From: a virus
Taxonomy: Duplodnaviria; Caudoviricetes
Virus record (IMG/VR): IMGVR_UViG_3300038679_000021
Coordinates: 1 to 64,000 of that record
Direction: 5' to 3' (one strand)
Length of the DNA: 64,000 nucleotides
The notes under the pieces were generated by a model that did not search any database, was not told the DNA's origin, and saw only the letters and a program-made list of their open reading frames with translations. Position numbers and translations under genes: made by a program. This document shows, in pieces, positions 46,936-56,520 of the stretch; position 1 is the stretch's first letter, and each line of letters opens with the position of its first letter.

Positions 46936-47684
46936 ATATCAACCTTCGTTGATCGAAGTTCGTTGACCATCTTCTCAGTCATGTCGAAGAGTTCACCATC
47001 CATGAGGACCATCAGATGCGTCTTCCCGCGATAGGCGAAGAACATGAAGTTTCCCGGAAGATCACCAGCGTAGTTCGAGAAGATGTTGTTCAGAACATCG
47101 GAGACCGAATCAATCGCCGTGAGTTCCTTGGAAGTTTCCTTCATTTCCTTGACCCACTTCTTGTCGTCTTCGGCGGAAGCGGGCTTCAAAAGATGCTTGG
47201 CATAGTCCCGGAAATCATCGAACCCCAAGAGCCCCGGCAAAGTTTCGTCCGAAAACCCCTTTTCCTTCAAGGAAGCAACAAGGGCGGTGAACTTGGAGTC
47301 GTCAAGTTCGCCACCAATGAGATTTCTCCGAACCGTCTTGAGTTTCTGCAACTCGATGGAGTCCCAGCTTTTGACGTAGCAAGGCACAGATGACATGCCA
47401 AGCACGCGGGCGGCGCGGAATCGGTGCGCCCCTCCAATGATGGTGTACGTCTGGGGTTCTCCATCGGCCACGGGATTTGGGACCACAAGAAGAGGGTCGT
47501 CAAAACCATCTTCCTTGATTTCGTTCACAAGGGCCGCGAAGTTGGCGTCTGTTTCGACGTTAGGGTTCCAGTTGTTCTCTACGAGTTGTCCCATAGAGAT
47601 CAACTCAGGGACATTGATCCTCACTCCGGTATCTTCCGCAGGGGCTTCTGGAGAATCCGCAACATCAATAACTTCGTCTTCCAT
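46896..47684 (-). CDS. ParB/Sulfiredoxin N-terminal-domain protein
   Basis: WNPN...GFDDPLLV...IIGGAHRFRAA; no clear C-terminal HTH. Confidence 0.88.
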   Translation of the reverse strand: MEDEVIDVADSPEAPAEDTGVRINVPELISMGQLVENNWNPNVETDANFAALVNEIKEDGFDDPLLVVPNPVADGEPQTYTIIGGAHRFRAARVLGMSSVPCYVKSWDSIELQKLKTVRRNLIGGELDDSKFTALVASLKEKGFSDETLPGLLGFDDFRDYAKHLLKPASAEDDKKWVKEMKETSKELTAIDSVSDVLNNIFSNYAGDLPGNFMFFAYRGKTHLMVLMDGELFDMTEKMVNELRSTKVDICTFLKSKLKDSV

Positions 47685-47691
47685 AAGTTCC

Positions 47692-49146
47692 TCACAGCAT
47701 TTTCATTGTTACTAGGTCTTGGATCGAGGCCCCTACTCTTTGGAAAAGAGCCCCTCCGCTTCCGCCAACATCTGCGAACCCGAGCAAAAGGAGAGCATCC
47801 CGATAAACTCCCGGACTTCTTCCGTATCTGGCCCCCGTCTTATTGATCTGGATACCTTTGTCCGAGGATTCCTTGACATGCTTGACAAGCTCCACCCAAG
47901 AAATCAGATTTTTTCCTTTCGTAAACTCTTCCATAAGACGAAAGGCGACGGATTTTATTGTCCGCAGCTTCTTTCTTACCAGAGTTTCGACTACTTTGTC
48001 AATCAGAGCGTCTGCGTTACCTTGCTTGGCATATACTATCCGCAAGAAGTTTATCTGTTTGTCGATAACTTCTTGCACTTCCTTTGAGTGGTAGTTATCG
48101 ATCAGGTGACGAAGAATAGCGGCACCCTCAAGCGGATTCGAGTAGAGGTAGGGGTAATCAGGAAAAACATAATCCCCCTGCCAATACCGCCCTTTATGGA
48201 AAACACCTATCTGGCGAAGCATCTGCTGCGTTACAATCGAAGCAGAAATCTCCCCCTCGGAGGCGTCGAACAAGAAGATATGCCCTGAGCGAAGCCACTT
48301 GACCCACTCGTCGTAAGAGATGTTTCTCGTCCAGACAGCGTGCTTGTACTTGTCCGGAATCTGGTGGACCTGTTCGAAAACAGTGAGATCAGAAGGCGTG
48401 TTGATCTGAAGAGTAACATCCCTACCGCCTGCGTAAGCCTTGTCCATGAGATCGAAAATCTCAAGGACTCCCGCAGCCCCGCTCATGGCAACTGCGAAGT
48501 TTAGAACTATCGGTTTGGCGGGCTTCGGGCAAGTACCGTCAAACTTGGAGAAGTCGAAGAAGGGAAGGAACTTAAAGCTCCGATCTCGCACAGCATTGAG
48601 CATCAGTGGCGACAGATACTTCGAAGCTACTCTAGCTGCTCTGGTGTACTGAGAGTCGCTAACATAGAAGTTGAGGTCTGCATGGTAGAGACCAGCAGAT
48701 TGGTTCATCAGTATCTCTTCGTCAACGTAACCATGCGTTGTCTTATCGAGAATGAACTGAAAGAAATTCGCGTAAACACGCTCTGTCTGCCCGCCAGTGC
48801 ATCCGGTAAGACCTGAAAGAAGACCCCGGAGGTAAGGGGTAGATGCTACCTTTTCGGTGAGAACTACATCAAGAAAGTCTGTTCCATCATCCCAAAAACG
48901 ACTGATCTCAGGTGGGATAAACCGCATCTCGAACTGCTGCCGTTGCCTCCAAGTTTCGGCAGAGATAAGTTGAATACGAGGATGATTAAAAGACTCGGTG
49001 TTCTTGATTTGTTTCGGGATTACAAGGTAAACAAAGGCGTTCTGAAAGCGATCAAGAAACCGAAAGAGGATGATCTTTGAGGACCGAAGGGACGAACAAA
49101 CCTTAGCGTCTGCGCTTGTCAGCAAAGGGACATACAGAATTCTCAT
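47692..49146 (-). CDS. Glycosyltransferase-like protein (GT-B fold suspected)
   Basis: MRILYVP start and two-domain Rossmann-like layout; context between the deacetylase and ParB genes. No diagnostic family motif confirmed. Confidence 0.5.
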   Translation of the reverse strand: MRILYVPLLTSADAKVCSSLRSSKIILFRFLDRFQNAFVYLVIPKQIKNTESFNHPRIQLISAETWRQRQQFEMRFIPPEISRFWDDGTDFLDVVLTEKVASTPYLRGLLSGLTGCTGGQTERVYANFFQFILDKTTHGYVDEEILMNQSAGLYHADLNFYVSDSQYTRAARVASKYLSPLMLNAVRDRSFKFLPFFDFSKFDGTCPKPAKPIVLNFAVAMSGAAGVLEIFDLMDKAYAGGRDVTLQINTPSDLTVFEQVHQIPDKYKHAVWTRNISYDEWVKWLRSGHIFLFDASEGEISASIVTQQMLRQIGVFHKGRYWQGDYVFPDYPYLYSNPLEGAAILRHLIDNYHSKEVQEVIDKQINFLRIVYAKQGNADALIDKVVETLVRKKLRTIKSVAFRLMEEFTKGKNLISWVELVKHVKESSDKGIQINKTGARYGRSPGVYRDALLLLGFADVGGSGGALFQRVGASIQDLVTMKML

Positions 49147-49787
49147 GCTCGCATCCTCAAGATTCTAAAAGCTTCGGCGTACTTAGCTTGTATTGACAAG
49201 CCACGAAATCGCAAGTAAGCCTCGACTTGTTTCTTCCCCCGAAAAGCGTTCATCTCATCACCATAAGCGGAGATGGCCCGCATCTTCGCGGAGACATCGG
49301 TAATGTCAAGGCATGTAAAGAGATTAGGCGAAAACGTCCGTGGAGTCAACTCAGAAGCAGAAGGAACTTCGAACTCGATCAAATCCAGCGGAAGTCTCCG
49401 AGTTGCTATTTCCACTGCCTGCGAAACTCTGCGATGATCTTGGTTGAAATCTTCCGACCAATGGGTATAGACGCGATCCGGCTGAAGTTTTCTGAGAACA
49501 TTCTCGATGGAAGAAATCAGGGCGATAAACTGATCGCTATTCTGAACTTGTTCGTCCTCACAACCACCGAAGAAAAGCAGTGAGGGCATAACTCCGAGTT
49601 CCTTACAGGCTAGCACAGCCCGTATACGAGACGTAGCCGCTGCTTTTTCGTCCTTCAAGTTGTGAACCCTCTTTGCCAAGCAAAAGAGAACCCCGCAGTA
49701 TCCATCAGAGTGGGAAAGCTTGTGGATAGTTCCGCCAGAAGAAAGCGTTTCATCATCACAGTGGGCGACTACAAAGAGATTTCTCAT
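49143..49787 (-). CDS. PIG-L/LmbE-family N-deacetylase
   Basis: AHCDDE, THW..D.NQDH, YAEAF. Confidence 0.88.
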   Translation of the reverse strand: MRNLFVVAHCDDETLSSGGTIHKLSHSDGYCGVLFCLAKRVHNLKDEKAAATSRIRAVLACKELGVMPSLLFFGGCEDEQVQNSDQFIALISSIENVLRKLQPDRVYTHWSEDFNQDHRRVSQAVEIATRRLPLDLIEFEVPSASELTPRTFSPNLFTCLDITDVSAKMRAISAYGDEMNAFRGKKQVEAYLRFRGLSIQAKYAEAFRILRMRA

Positions 49788-50515
49788 AAGACCCTCCAAG
49801 GTACATTAGAGAGGATGAATTCTTTCCTCTCTACACTCCCGCCATTTCGGATATTCGGAACTTTCGTGGCATAGGCAAACTGAAAAGGCATCCCCGGAAA
49901 AACATCAGTGGATTCAGAGTAAGTTGCTACGAAAGGAATCCCTTTTGTTAAGCAGATATCAAACAAACGCATAGCTTGAAGAATCGCAGTAGAGTCGGAA
50001 TGCTCACCATAGTTGGCAGAAGTTTTTGTGTAAGGAGGATCGATGAAAAGAAACATTCCGTCTGCGGGTTCGACACAACTTGAAGTGGCGCAAAAGACAA
50101 GGCCCTTCTTGAGAAAAGGGATCGCCTCAATCGTCTTTTCAACAGGGAGGTTATGTTGAGGGTACAGAGAATAAGACGAAAGCTGCCCAACCATCACACT
50201 AGCACAGTTGATCCTGAGATAAGTTTGCTCTTCCGGCTTTAACCCTAGCGTTCTGACATCTTTCTTAGCTTCTCTATTTACGTCACAAATAGCTTTGAGT
50301 TCCCTCAACCGAGAAATAGGGACTCGTTGAAGCCACAAGAGCATCATCACAAGTTCTTCGTTTACATCAACCCCCAGAAAGCGCGAGCCTTGATTCAAAC
50401 TAAAAGCCAAGCTCCCGCAAAAGGGTTCCACAATTACTTCGTGAGGGGGCATCTCTACAGCAACCTTTCGGAGCCATCTTCCCTTATTCCCAGAGTACCT
50501 GAACAAAGCCCTCAT
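49784..50515 (-). CDS. Dam-like (D12 class) DNA N6-adenine methyltransferase
   Basis: FRYSGNK, EPFCGS, FIDPPY. ATGA overlaps on both sides. Confidence 0.88.
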   Translation of the reverse strand: MRALFRYSGNKGRWLRKVAVEMPPHEVIVEPFCGSLAFSLNQGSRFLGVDVNEELVMMLLWLQRVPISRLRELKAICDVNREAKKDVRTLGLKPEEQTYLRINCASVMVGQLSSYSLYPQHNLPVEKTIEAIPFLKKGLVFCATSSCVEPADGMFLFIDPPYTKTSANYGEHSDSTAILQAMRLFDICLTKGIPFVATYSESTDVFPGMPFQFAYATKVPNIRNGGSVERKEFILSNVPWRVL

Positions 50516-51558
50516 ATAAAATTCGGCGTCCTTGTGTGAAGAAGGTTGTGGATCATCAGATTGTACTTCGTGTGGCGGCAAGAAGGACAAAACCTCTGGC
50601 AAATGTTAGGGTCTAGCATACCTCGAATATACTTTTCCCTCTTCTTTCCAGTCCAGATCGCTTCAACAGATTCTTCGTAGATATTCCCGATTATTCCGAG
50701 ACTCTCCCCAGTAGGAAGATGAACAGAATGAAGGCGGCAACAGAAGAAGACACTTCCATCAGAGCCGATCACAGAAGAGAGATTGTGAGCCCTACAAGGG
50801 AGCCCGAGATTCCCCGAAGCGTCAACTTCCCAGTCAAGCTGATGGGTATAGACCTTGAACGTTTCCGTTTGTAGGTCGTTTACCGGCGGCATCTTCCAAT
50901 CAATAGGGATGTTACGATCCTCTTTGTCGTCAAGTGTTCGGATTTGAACATAGTCCACTTCGATATCCCGAAGCCGCTGCGTGATACCATAGATATCCGT
51001 GATCGAGTAGGAACTAATAAGGTAGCCTACTCCAATGACACACTTTTCTTTCACTTTGGACCATGCTGCAAGATTCGCGAGAACCTTCTCGAAGGCGTCA
51101 ACTCCCTTAGCAGCCTTGTACTCTTCCTTAGTAGAAGCATCAAGAGAGACTCGAATCCACTCGAACTCTTTGATTACATCGTTGCTAAGAGGCTGAACTC
51201 CGTTAGTAATCAGCCCTACAGCGAGGCCGATCTTCTTAATCTCTCGCACAATAAACTCGAAATTCTTGTGGAGGGTAGGCTCCCCGCCGCCTTCGAGGAC
51301 TACCCCATGGGTTCCCATAGCCTTGAACTCTCTCAGGGCTTTCAACAATGCATCCGGCTGAAGCTCCCCACAATGACGCTTTCTCCATTCGATATCGACG
51401 CACCATTTGCAGTCGAGATTGCATCGGGAAGTCAAACTGACTTCGATGGAAATGGGGGCTTTGGAAAAATCACCAACAGTAAGCGCAGAAAGCCTCTCAG
51501 GATGCAGGAAAATCTTGGAAGACGAAAACTCAACTTCAGGTGAGGGGCGGATTTTCAT
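50512..51558 (-). CDS. Radical SAM protein with SPASM/twitch domain
   Basis: CNLDCKWC, GGGEPT, C-terminal CRAH...FFCC...CPSC. Confidence 0.9.
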   Translation of the reverse strand: MKIRPSPEVEFSSSKIFLHPERLSALTVGDFSKAPISIEVSLTSRCNLDCKWCVDIEWRKRHCGELQPDALLKALREFKAMGTHGVVLEGGGEPTLHKNFEFIVREIKKIGLAVGLITNGVQPLSNDVIKEFEWIRVSLDASTKEEYKAAKGVDAFEKVLANLAAWSKVKEKCVIGVGYLISSYSITDIYGITQRLRDIEVDYVQIRTLDDKEDRNIPIDWKMPPVNDLQTETFKVYTHQLDWEVDASGNLGLPCRAHNLSSVIGSDGSVFFCCRLHSVHLPTGESLGIIGNIYEESVEAIWTGKKREKYIRGMLDPNICQRFCPSCRHTKYNLMIHNLLHTRTPNFI

Positions 51559-51559
51559 T

Positions 51560-52246
51560 TCATCCTCTCAAGTAGTTACGAACAGCATCCCAGTTGGGCA
51601 TGTTCGCTATCAGGTCAATTATCGAAAGCTCAGGAACAAAACTTCCAGAAAACGTGCATTGCGGATAAGGAGGACAGGGCCACGTATCTTTCACAATCTC
51701 GATGCCTTCGAATATCTCCCGCTTCAGGTACTCAAAAGCAGAATCTCCGACCAAAAATTTGGTGCATCCCTTTAATTTGCAAAGGGCATTAAGCTGATGC
51801 TGCACAGCATCAGTGCCTTCCGAACTTACGTAGGTTGATCCAGAAAGTTGAACATGGGTCTCTATCCCAATCTTCCCTAGGATTATCTTGAGAACAGAAA
51901 CAGCAAAAGAGTTAAACGGATAGTCAATATACTTTCTGGTGTCCCTCTCAATCTCTTTCAAAGCGTCAATACCGGGGCTCCTTGCATAAGTGTGAAGAAT
52001 AGCCTTCCAATGGAAGTTGACAACTGCCCTGTCAAAATCCACATTGCGAATAGGGACTTGCTTCTTCCCTTTAATGGGGAGCGTAAGCATCAAAGGACCG
52101 TTTGGAAGAAGAATCCTATTACGGTTAATCCAATCCCCTTTGACAAATTGCACGGTGTCAAAAGCGACAAAAGCATCGCTTCTGGCAATGCGCGAGAAAT
52201 ACCGCACAGAAGGGAGGTAATGAAGCTGGTGAGCGGAGAAAATCAT
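51560..52246 (-). CDS. WbqC-family protein
   Basis: HQLHYLP, FDTVQF...WINRNRI, SIIDLIAN. Confidence 0.88.
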   Translation of the reverse strand: MIFSAHQLHYLPSVRYFSRIARSDAFVAFDTVQFVKGDWINRNRILLPNGPLMLTLPIKGKKQVPIRNVDFDRAVVNFHWKAILHTYARSPGIDALKEIERDTRKYIDYPFNSFAVSVLKIILGKIGIETHVQLSGSTYVSSEGTDAVQHQLNALCKLKGCTKFLVGDSAFEYLKREIFEGIEIVKDTWPCPPYPQCTFSGSFVPELSIIDLIANMPNWDAVRNYLRG

Positions 52247-53415
52247 ATCTCGCGAATCCTATCCCATTCCCGCAAAACGTTGCAAACTGATGCCGCTTTC
52301 TCTTCGTCAAACTTTGCTGAGATCGGAAGGCAAACATGGGATTTGGTAACATGGTCTGAAACAGGGAAGGTGTCCGTGAAGTTTACCCACCCATTCGCGT
52401 AGGGACTAAGCATAAAGTAAGGTTGCTCATGGAGACCAAAAGCAAAAACATCCATCTGCGCCGGAGTCCCATTGCTCTTTAACAGCCCCTTCAGACGCTC
52501 CGCTTGCAGAGGGGTTTCGCAAATAACGATAACTTTGTAGTAGTTGGGAATGCAGTTTTCGCAGAAGACTGGCTCATTCCTTTCTTCGAAGAAATCCCCA
52601 TAGTAATCGGCATAACGAGTTCGCTCTGCGATCATCTGAGGAAGGAAAGACTGCACATGATGGCAGATACAAGCATTGACATTGCTCATCCTACCATTGA
52701 ATCCGGCATAAGCATATTGATCCAACCATCCGGGATTCTGCCTTCCAATATCTCTGAGACGAATCAACTTCTCATAGAGCCCGCGGTCTTTCGTTACTAT
52801 GCACCCTCCCTCTGCTCCGAAAGCAACCTTTGTGGGATAATAAGAAAACACACCAGCATGCCCAATGCTGCCACCAAATTGCGTTTCCAGCTTCCTTCCG
52901 GCATTACCGGGCGCAACTTGCCATGTGCTAATACGTACTCCATGAGCGTGAGCCGCATCTTCGATAAGATGAATCCCCGTCGTGTCACAGAAATCACGGA
53001 GCTTGAGTATATCTTGAGAAATGAAGCCTCCAATTGACACGTAGACGATAGCGACTACATCCTCCCCTGCATAGTGGGTAATCATCGTCTTATCATCGAC
53101 TGCTAGCATCATATTGGAAGGATCAACGTCTCTGAAAAGCACCTTATGCCCTGCATTGACTGCGGCAATGGCAGTTGCGAAATGCGTGTTTGTGGGAATG
53201 ATTACAATACCCTTCCTAGGGAGGGCACGGAAGACTAACTCCAATCCTGCTGTCCCTGATCCGCAGGAAACAGCATAGTGTGATCCGGCCATGATCTTGG
53301 TCTGGTCTTCAAACCGCGAGTTCCACACCCCATGGGTGAGCCAGCCGCTTTTCAGGACTTCTTCCAGCTTCACCATCAGGCCGGGAACATCGGGGACTTC
53401 AATAGTAGGTTTCAT
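52243..53415 (-). CDS. DegT/DnrJ/EryC1/StrS PLP-dependent sugar aminotransferase
   Basis: SGTAGL, IEDAAHAHG, FSYYPTK (PLP Lys), GFNGRMS. Confidence 0.92.
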   Translation of the reverse strand: MKPTIEVPDVPGLMVKLEEVLKSGWLTHGVWNSRFEDQTKIMAGSHYAVSCGSGTAGLELVFRALPRKGIVIIPTNTHFATAIAAVNAGHKVLFRDVDPSNMMLAVDDKTMITHYAGEDVVAIVYVSIGGFISQDILKLRDFCDTTGIHLIEDAAHAHGVRISTWQVAPGNAGRKLETQFGGSIGHAGVFSYYPTKVAFGAEGGCIVTKDRGLYEKLIRLRDIGRQNPGWLDQYAYAGFNGRMSNVNACICHHVQSFLPQMIAERTRYADYYGDFFEERNEPVFCENCIPNYYKVIVICETPLQAERLKGLLKSNGTPAQMDVFAFGLHEQPYFMLSPYANGWVNFTDTFPVSDHVTKSHVCLPISAKFDEEKAASVCNVLREWDRIREI

Positions 53416-53416
53416 A

Positions 53417-54670
53417 TTACTCCCTTATCCATTTTTTTCGGTGATTCAACCGCAAAGCTCTTTCCCAAGTCCCACTAGAAACACCCCAAAAATCAAGAAG
53501 TCGCGGGTCTGCTACAGAAGCCCGCCCACCAGCCATATCGGATGGAAACACGTCTTTTACGGCATCATAAAGCTCGGAGTTACCGAAAGGATAGGTCACT
53601 GCAAGGCTATACCAATCCGCCCCCATGGCCTCGAATCCGTCCAGACTCTCGTTGTAATCCGCGTCAGTACAGCCCGGAGCCCCAAGCATGACGTACACCG
53701 CTACAGGAACTCCGTTGGCTTTGAGAAGAGCTACGGCTTCTTTCGCCTGCGCGACAGTGATTCCTTTGTGGAAAGCATCCAGCATTCGTTGGGAACAAGC
53801 TTCGACACCTAGCTTGATCTGTTTGCAGCCCTGAAGATTTCCGGCAAGTTCCGGGGTGATATCATCACACCGGGCATCACAGACGAAAGGAATTCTTCGA
53901 TTACGGAGAAGTGAGATGACGGCCTCTGCCCTAGTGGGGTTGATAAACAAAGAATCATCCACGAACTGAAGGAAGAACTTTTGGCCTTTGTAGAGGTCTG
54001 CAAAGTAATCCAACTGCCTCTTGATATATTCGATAGGATAGAAGCGAACATGCCCCCAAATTCTCTTGGAGGAACAGAAAGAACATTTGAAAGGGCATCC
54101 CCGAGAGGAAGCAATCTGATTGAACTCGTTCGGCTTTGTGGGAGGAACAAGCATGCAGTCTTTGGTAATAATCGGAAGATTCCCGTAATCCACAGAAGTC
54201 GGAGTGATATACGAAGGAAGACGAGCGGGGTCTATCACGCGGAGAATAGATGAATCAGACTCCCCAATGAAAGTAGGGAAACCTCTCCCAACCTTCTCGG
54301 CGGCAGGCCCACCAACAAAAACCCGAGGAACTAGGGGAGAAAGCCCAGAGAGTAAAGCACGGGCCTGAATCAGGGTGCCTTCATTTACAGAAACCCCCAC
54401 GGCATCTGGTTGGAAGTCCAAAACCTCCCTGAAAATGCTTTGATAAACCTCGTCGTCCAGATTATGAATCCTTCGCGGATACTCCACAGCATTTTTGAGC
54501 AACTGCTTGAGAGGAATTGGAGGAACGCTTGCGAAATCTCCGTTGAGAACCTTTGCGTCTACCCCGTGACTTCTCAGGGTTTCTGCTAAGAACATCGGCC
54601 CTAAAGCACTCCATTCTGTTCGGGAGCCAAGAAACCGATAGTAGGGTGGGGTGATAAACAATACTTTCAT
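53417..54670 (-). CDS. Cobalamin-binding radical SAM protein (class B methylase-like)
   Basis: N-terminal B12-type Rossmann domain (LGPMFLA...VGVS...VGGP), SSRGCPFKCSFC, KLGVEA. TAATG overlap start at 54670. Confidence 0.88.
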   Translation of the reverse strand: MKVLFITPPYYRFLGSRTEWSALGPMFLAETLRSHGVDAKVLNGDFASVPPIPLKQLLKNAVEYPRRIHNLDDEVYQSIFREVLDFQPDAVGVSVNEGTLIQARALLSGLSPLVPRVFVGGPAAEKVGRGFPTFIGESDSSILRVIDPARLPSYITPTSVDYGNLPIITKDCMLVPPTKPNEFNQIASSRGCPFKCSFCSSKRIWGHVRFYPIEYIKRQLDYFADLYKGQKFFLQFVDDSLFINPTRAEAVISLLRNRRIPFVCDARCDDITPELAGNLQGCKQIKLGVEACSQRMLDAFHKGITVAQAKEAVALLKANGVPVAVYVMLGAPGCTDADYNESLDGFEAMGADWYSLAVTYPFGNSELYDAVKDVFPSDMAGGRASVADPRLLDFWGVSSGTWERALRLNHRKKWIRE

Positions 54671-55197
54671 TAAACACCAAGTTTTGTAGCTATCAAAGTG
54701 GCCCCAACCCGCAAAACATGACACCCAACTTTCTGAAGCATTTCCGGAACAAAAGTAACAACATGCCTCTCATGCTCATTACCAAAAGCGGGGTCTTGAG
54801 GGTCTGGGCCATCAGGAACAGCTATTACAATATCGCAAGAACTGGGAACTTTAGAAATGACAGACTCCCATGTAGGAATATGCTCAAGAACATCCCCAAA
54901 AATAACGAGGTCCGCTTTTGGGAAGAGAAAGTTAGGGTTGGAAACATCGGCGAAAATGATGTCGTCATAAATCGCACGGTGATGGTCTTGGACATATGCT
55001 GGAAAAACCTCAACAGCAGTTAAGTGAACTTTCCAGTCCTTAGATAGAAAGACTCCGTTCTTGAGGCACTCAAGATATTCCCGGCAAAGAAGACCGAACT
55101 TCCCAAACCCACAGCCGACATCAACAATCCTCTTGGGGTTTTGCTGAAGAATGAACCTCATCATAGGCTCAATAGACTCTAAGTTACTTGTCGGCAT
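54670..55197 (-). CDS. Class I SAM-dependent methyltransferase
   Basis: IVDVGCGFG, DVLEHI. Confidence 0.85.
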   Translation of the reverse strand: MPTSNLESIEPMMRFILQQNPKRIVDVGCGFGKFGLLCREYLECLKNGVFLSKDWKVHLTAVEVFPAYVQDHHRAIYDDIIFADVSNPNFLFPKADLVIFGDVLEHIPTWESVISKVPSSCDIVIAVPDGPDPQDPAFGNEHERHVVTFVPEMLQKVGCHVLRVGATLIATKLGV

Positions 55198-55777
55198 TTA
55201 CGATATTCCTTTTGTCTAAGAGGGTTTTTGCCTCTTCCGGAGAATACCCGACAAGCTCAAGAACTTTCTCAGCGTATCGGTTTGGCCGTTCCTTATCGAG
55301 TAGCCCGCCTTCTTCGCAGAACTTCCTCGCGCCCTTCTGGCCGACAAAGCCTAGCTCTTTTCCCCTCTTCGTGTGCATATCCACAGCGAAAGATGGGATT
55401 GCAGGCTTCCATCCCTTCTCCGCGACTTGCGCCACAATCCAATCGAGATCACAAGCCTCATGGGATTTGACTGCCCTACACATCTTGAGAATGGCGCAAG
55501 CAACGATGTTAGTCTCCGCAGATTTCGGGGCGTCTTTCATCGCCACGTTCGAGAGGTAATGGCAAGAGGCCACGTAAGGGAGAACATCGGGCTCTCCGGC
55601 GCAATCCTCTCCGGCGGTGACTGCCAGCCGCCGCCACATATACGCGGCGAATCCGTTTTCGATCATCACACGCGCCCAGTACATCGCGTGAACTTCATCG
55701 CCCCTTCGAATGGTCTTCTGCAAAGCAGAAACAACCTCATCCAAAGGATACGCTCCGCACATCAGAATGTCAGCCAT
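55184..55777 (-). CDS. Stand-alone MgsA/RarA C-terminal-domain protein (no AAA+ domain)
   Basis: VSALQKTIRRGD...AMYWA...WRRL...EDC, CRAVKS, AVDMHTKRG. Confidence 0.8.
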   Translation of the reverse strand: MADILMCGAYPLDEVVSALQKTIRRGDEVHAMYWARVMIENGFAAYMWRRLAVTAGEDCAGEPDVLPYVASCHYLSNVAMKDAPKSAETNIVACAILKMCRAVKSHEACDLDWIVAQVAEKGWKPAIPSFAVDMHTKRGKELGFVGQKGARKFCEEGGLLDKERPNRYAEKVLELVGYSPEEAKTLLDKRNIVNADK

Positions 55778-55795
55778 AAGTCCTCCGTTTAGTAG

Positions 55796-55824
55796 ATAAT
55801 AGAGCAGAGACTTCGTGAAAGCAA
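55796..55824 (-). promoter_or_regulatory. Sigma70-type promoter heading the modification operon
   Basis: TTGCTT-N17-TATTAT, then ACGGAGGACTTATG (RBS context identical to that of the 17748 gene). Confidence 0.65.
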
Positions 55825-56520
55825 TCAGCGATACTTGGCTAGAACTGAATCTGGTAGTTTCTCGACAATGCTCTTCAAATAGCTGATTTGCTTGTCTGTG
55901 AGAGAAAACCGTCTGCGGTATTGCGTGGTCATGCTCTTGATAACTTCCTTCGCTTTGTCATTAAACAAATGCAAGTTATCATTAGCTATCGTGATGTACT
56001 TTGAAGCCAGAGACTTCCTCTCGTCAGCGGTATAAACAGGAGCGGGCCTTATTACACCATGGTGCGACTTCTCCGAAACAAGAGAATCAAAGACCCGTAC
56101 AAAGGCATCAGCCTGTTCCCGCGTAGGGGGAGACTTCGATGCGGTGACGCGATCTGCAATCGATTGCAGGAAGCTGACTCGTTCAGTCGGGGCACCCTCA
56201 AGTTTTCCGTGGAGGAAGCCGGAAAGCCTCCGCGTGAAAGCCGGGAAAGCTACTGAGAGGTTCTCAAGGAAAGTCTCGGGGTCAGAAGAGTAGACCTTAA
56301 ACTCAGTAGCGGGAAGGAACAGTGCCTCCCTAACCTTGACAGGGGCCGCAAGAATACATGCCGCGCAAAGGTGAATCTTCACTATCTCAAGATACCCAGA
56401 AGAGGTAAAAAGGACTGAGGAATTCGACCTAGCGCAGCTATCGCAAACTTTTGGGAGTGCGTTCTCGGAAGCAGCCCAACAAGGAATCAGGCTCAAAGCC
56501 TCAAAATCAGAGGAAGTCAT
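55825..56520 (-). CDS. Hypothetical protein with N-terminal Cys motifs
   Basis: 231 aa, CDSC...CAAC. Confidence 0.7.
   Translation of the reverse strand: MTSSDFEALSLIPCWAASENALPKVCDSCARSNSSVLFTSSGYLEIVKIHLCAACILAAPVKVREALFLPATEFKVYSSDPETFLENLSVAFPAFTRRLSGFLHGKLEGAPTERVSFLQSIADRVTASKSPPTREQADAFVRVFDSLVSEKSHHGVIRPAPVYTADERKSLASKYITIANDNLHLFNDKAKEVIKSMTTQYRRRFSLTDKQISYLKSIVEKLPDSVLAKYR
56154..56169. repeat. Dispersed palindrome, exact copy, intragenic
   Basis: CTGCAATCGATTGCAG. Confidence 0.9.

Noticed and set aside
46896-47684. Calling the ParB-like protein a partition protein of a parABS system
   Set aside because: No ParA gene in the window and no clear HTH after the ParB/Srx domain. Its position beside GT and terminase genes fits modification-associated ParB-like proteins better. 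Kept only as one candidate binder of the palindrome.
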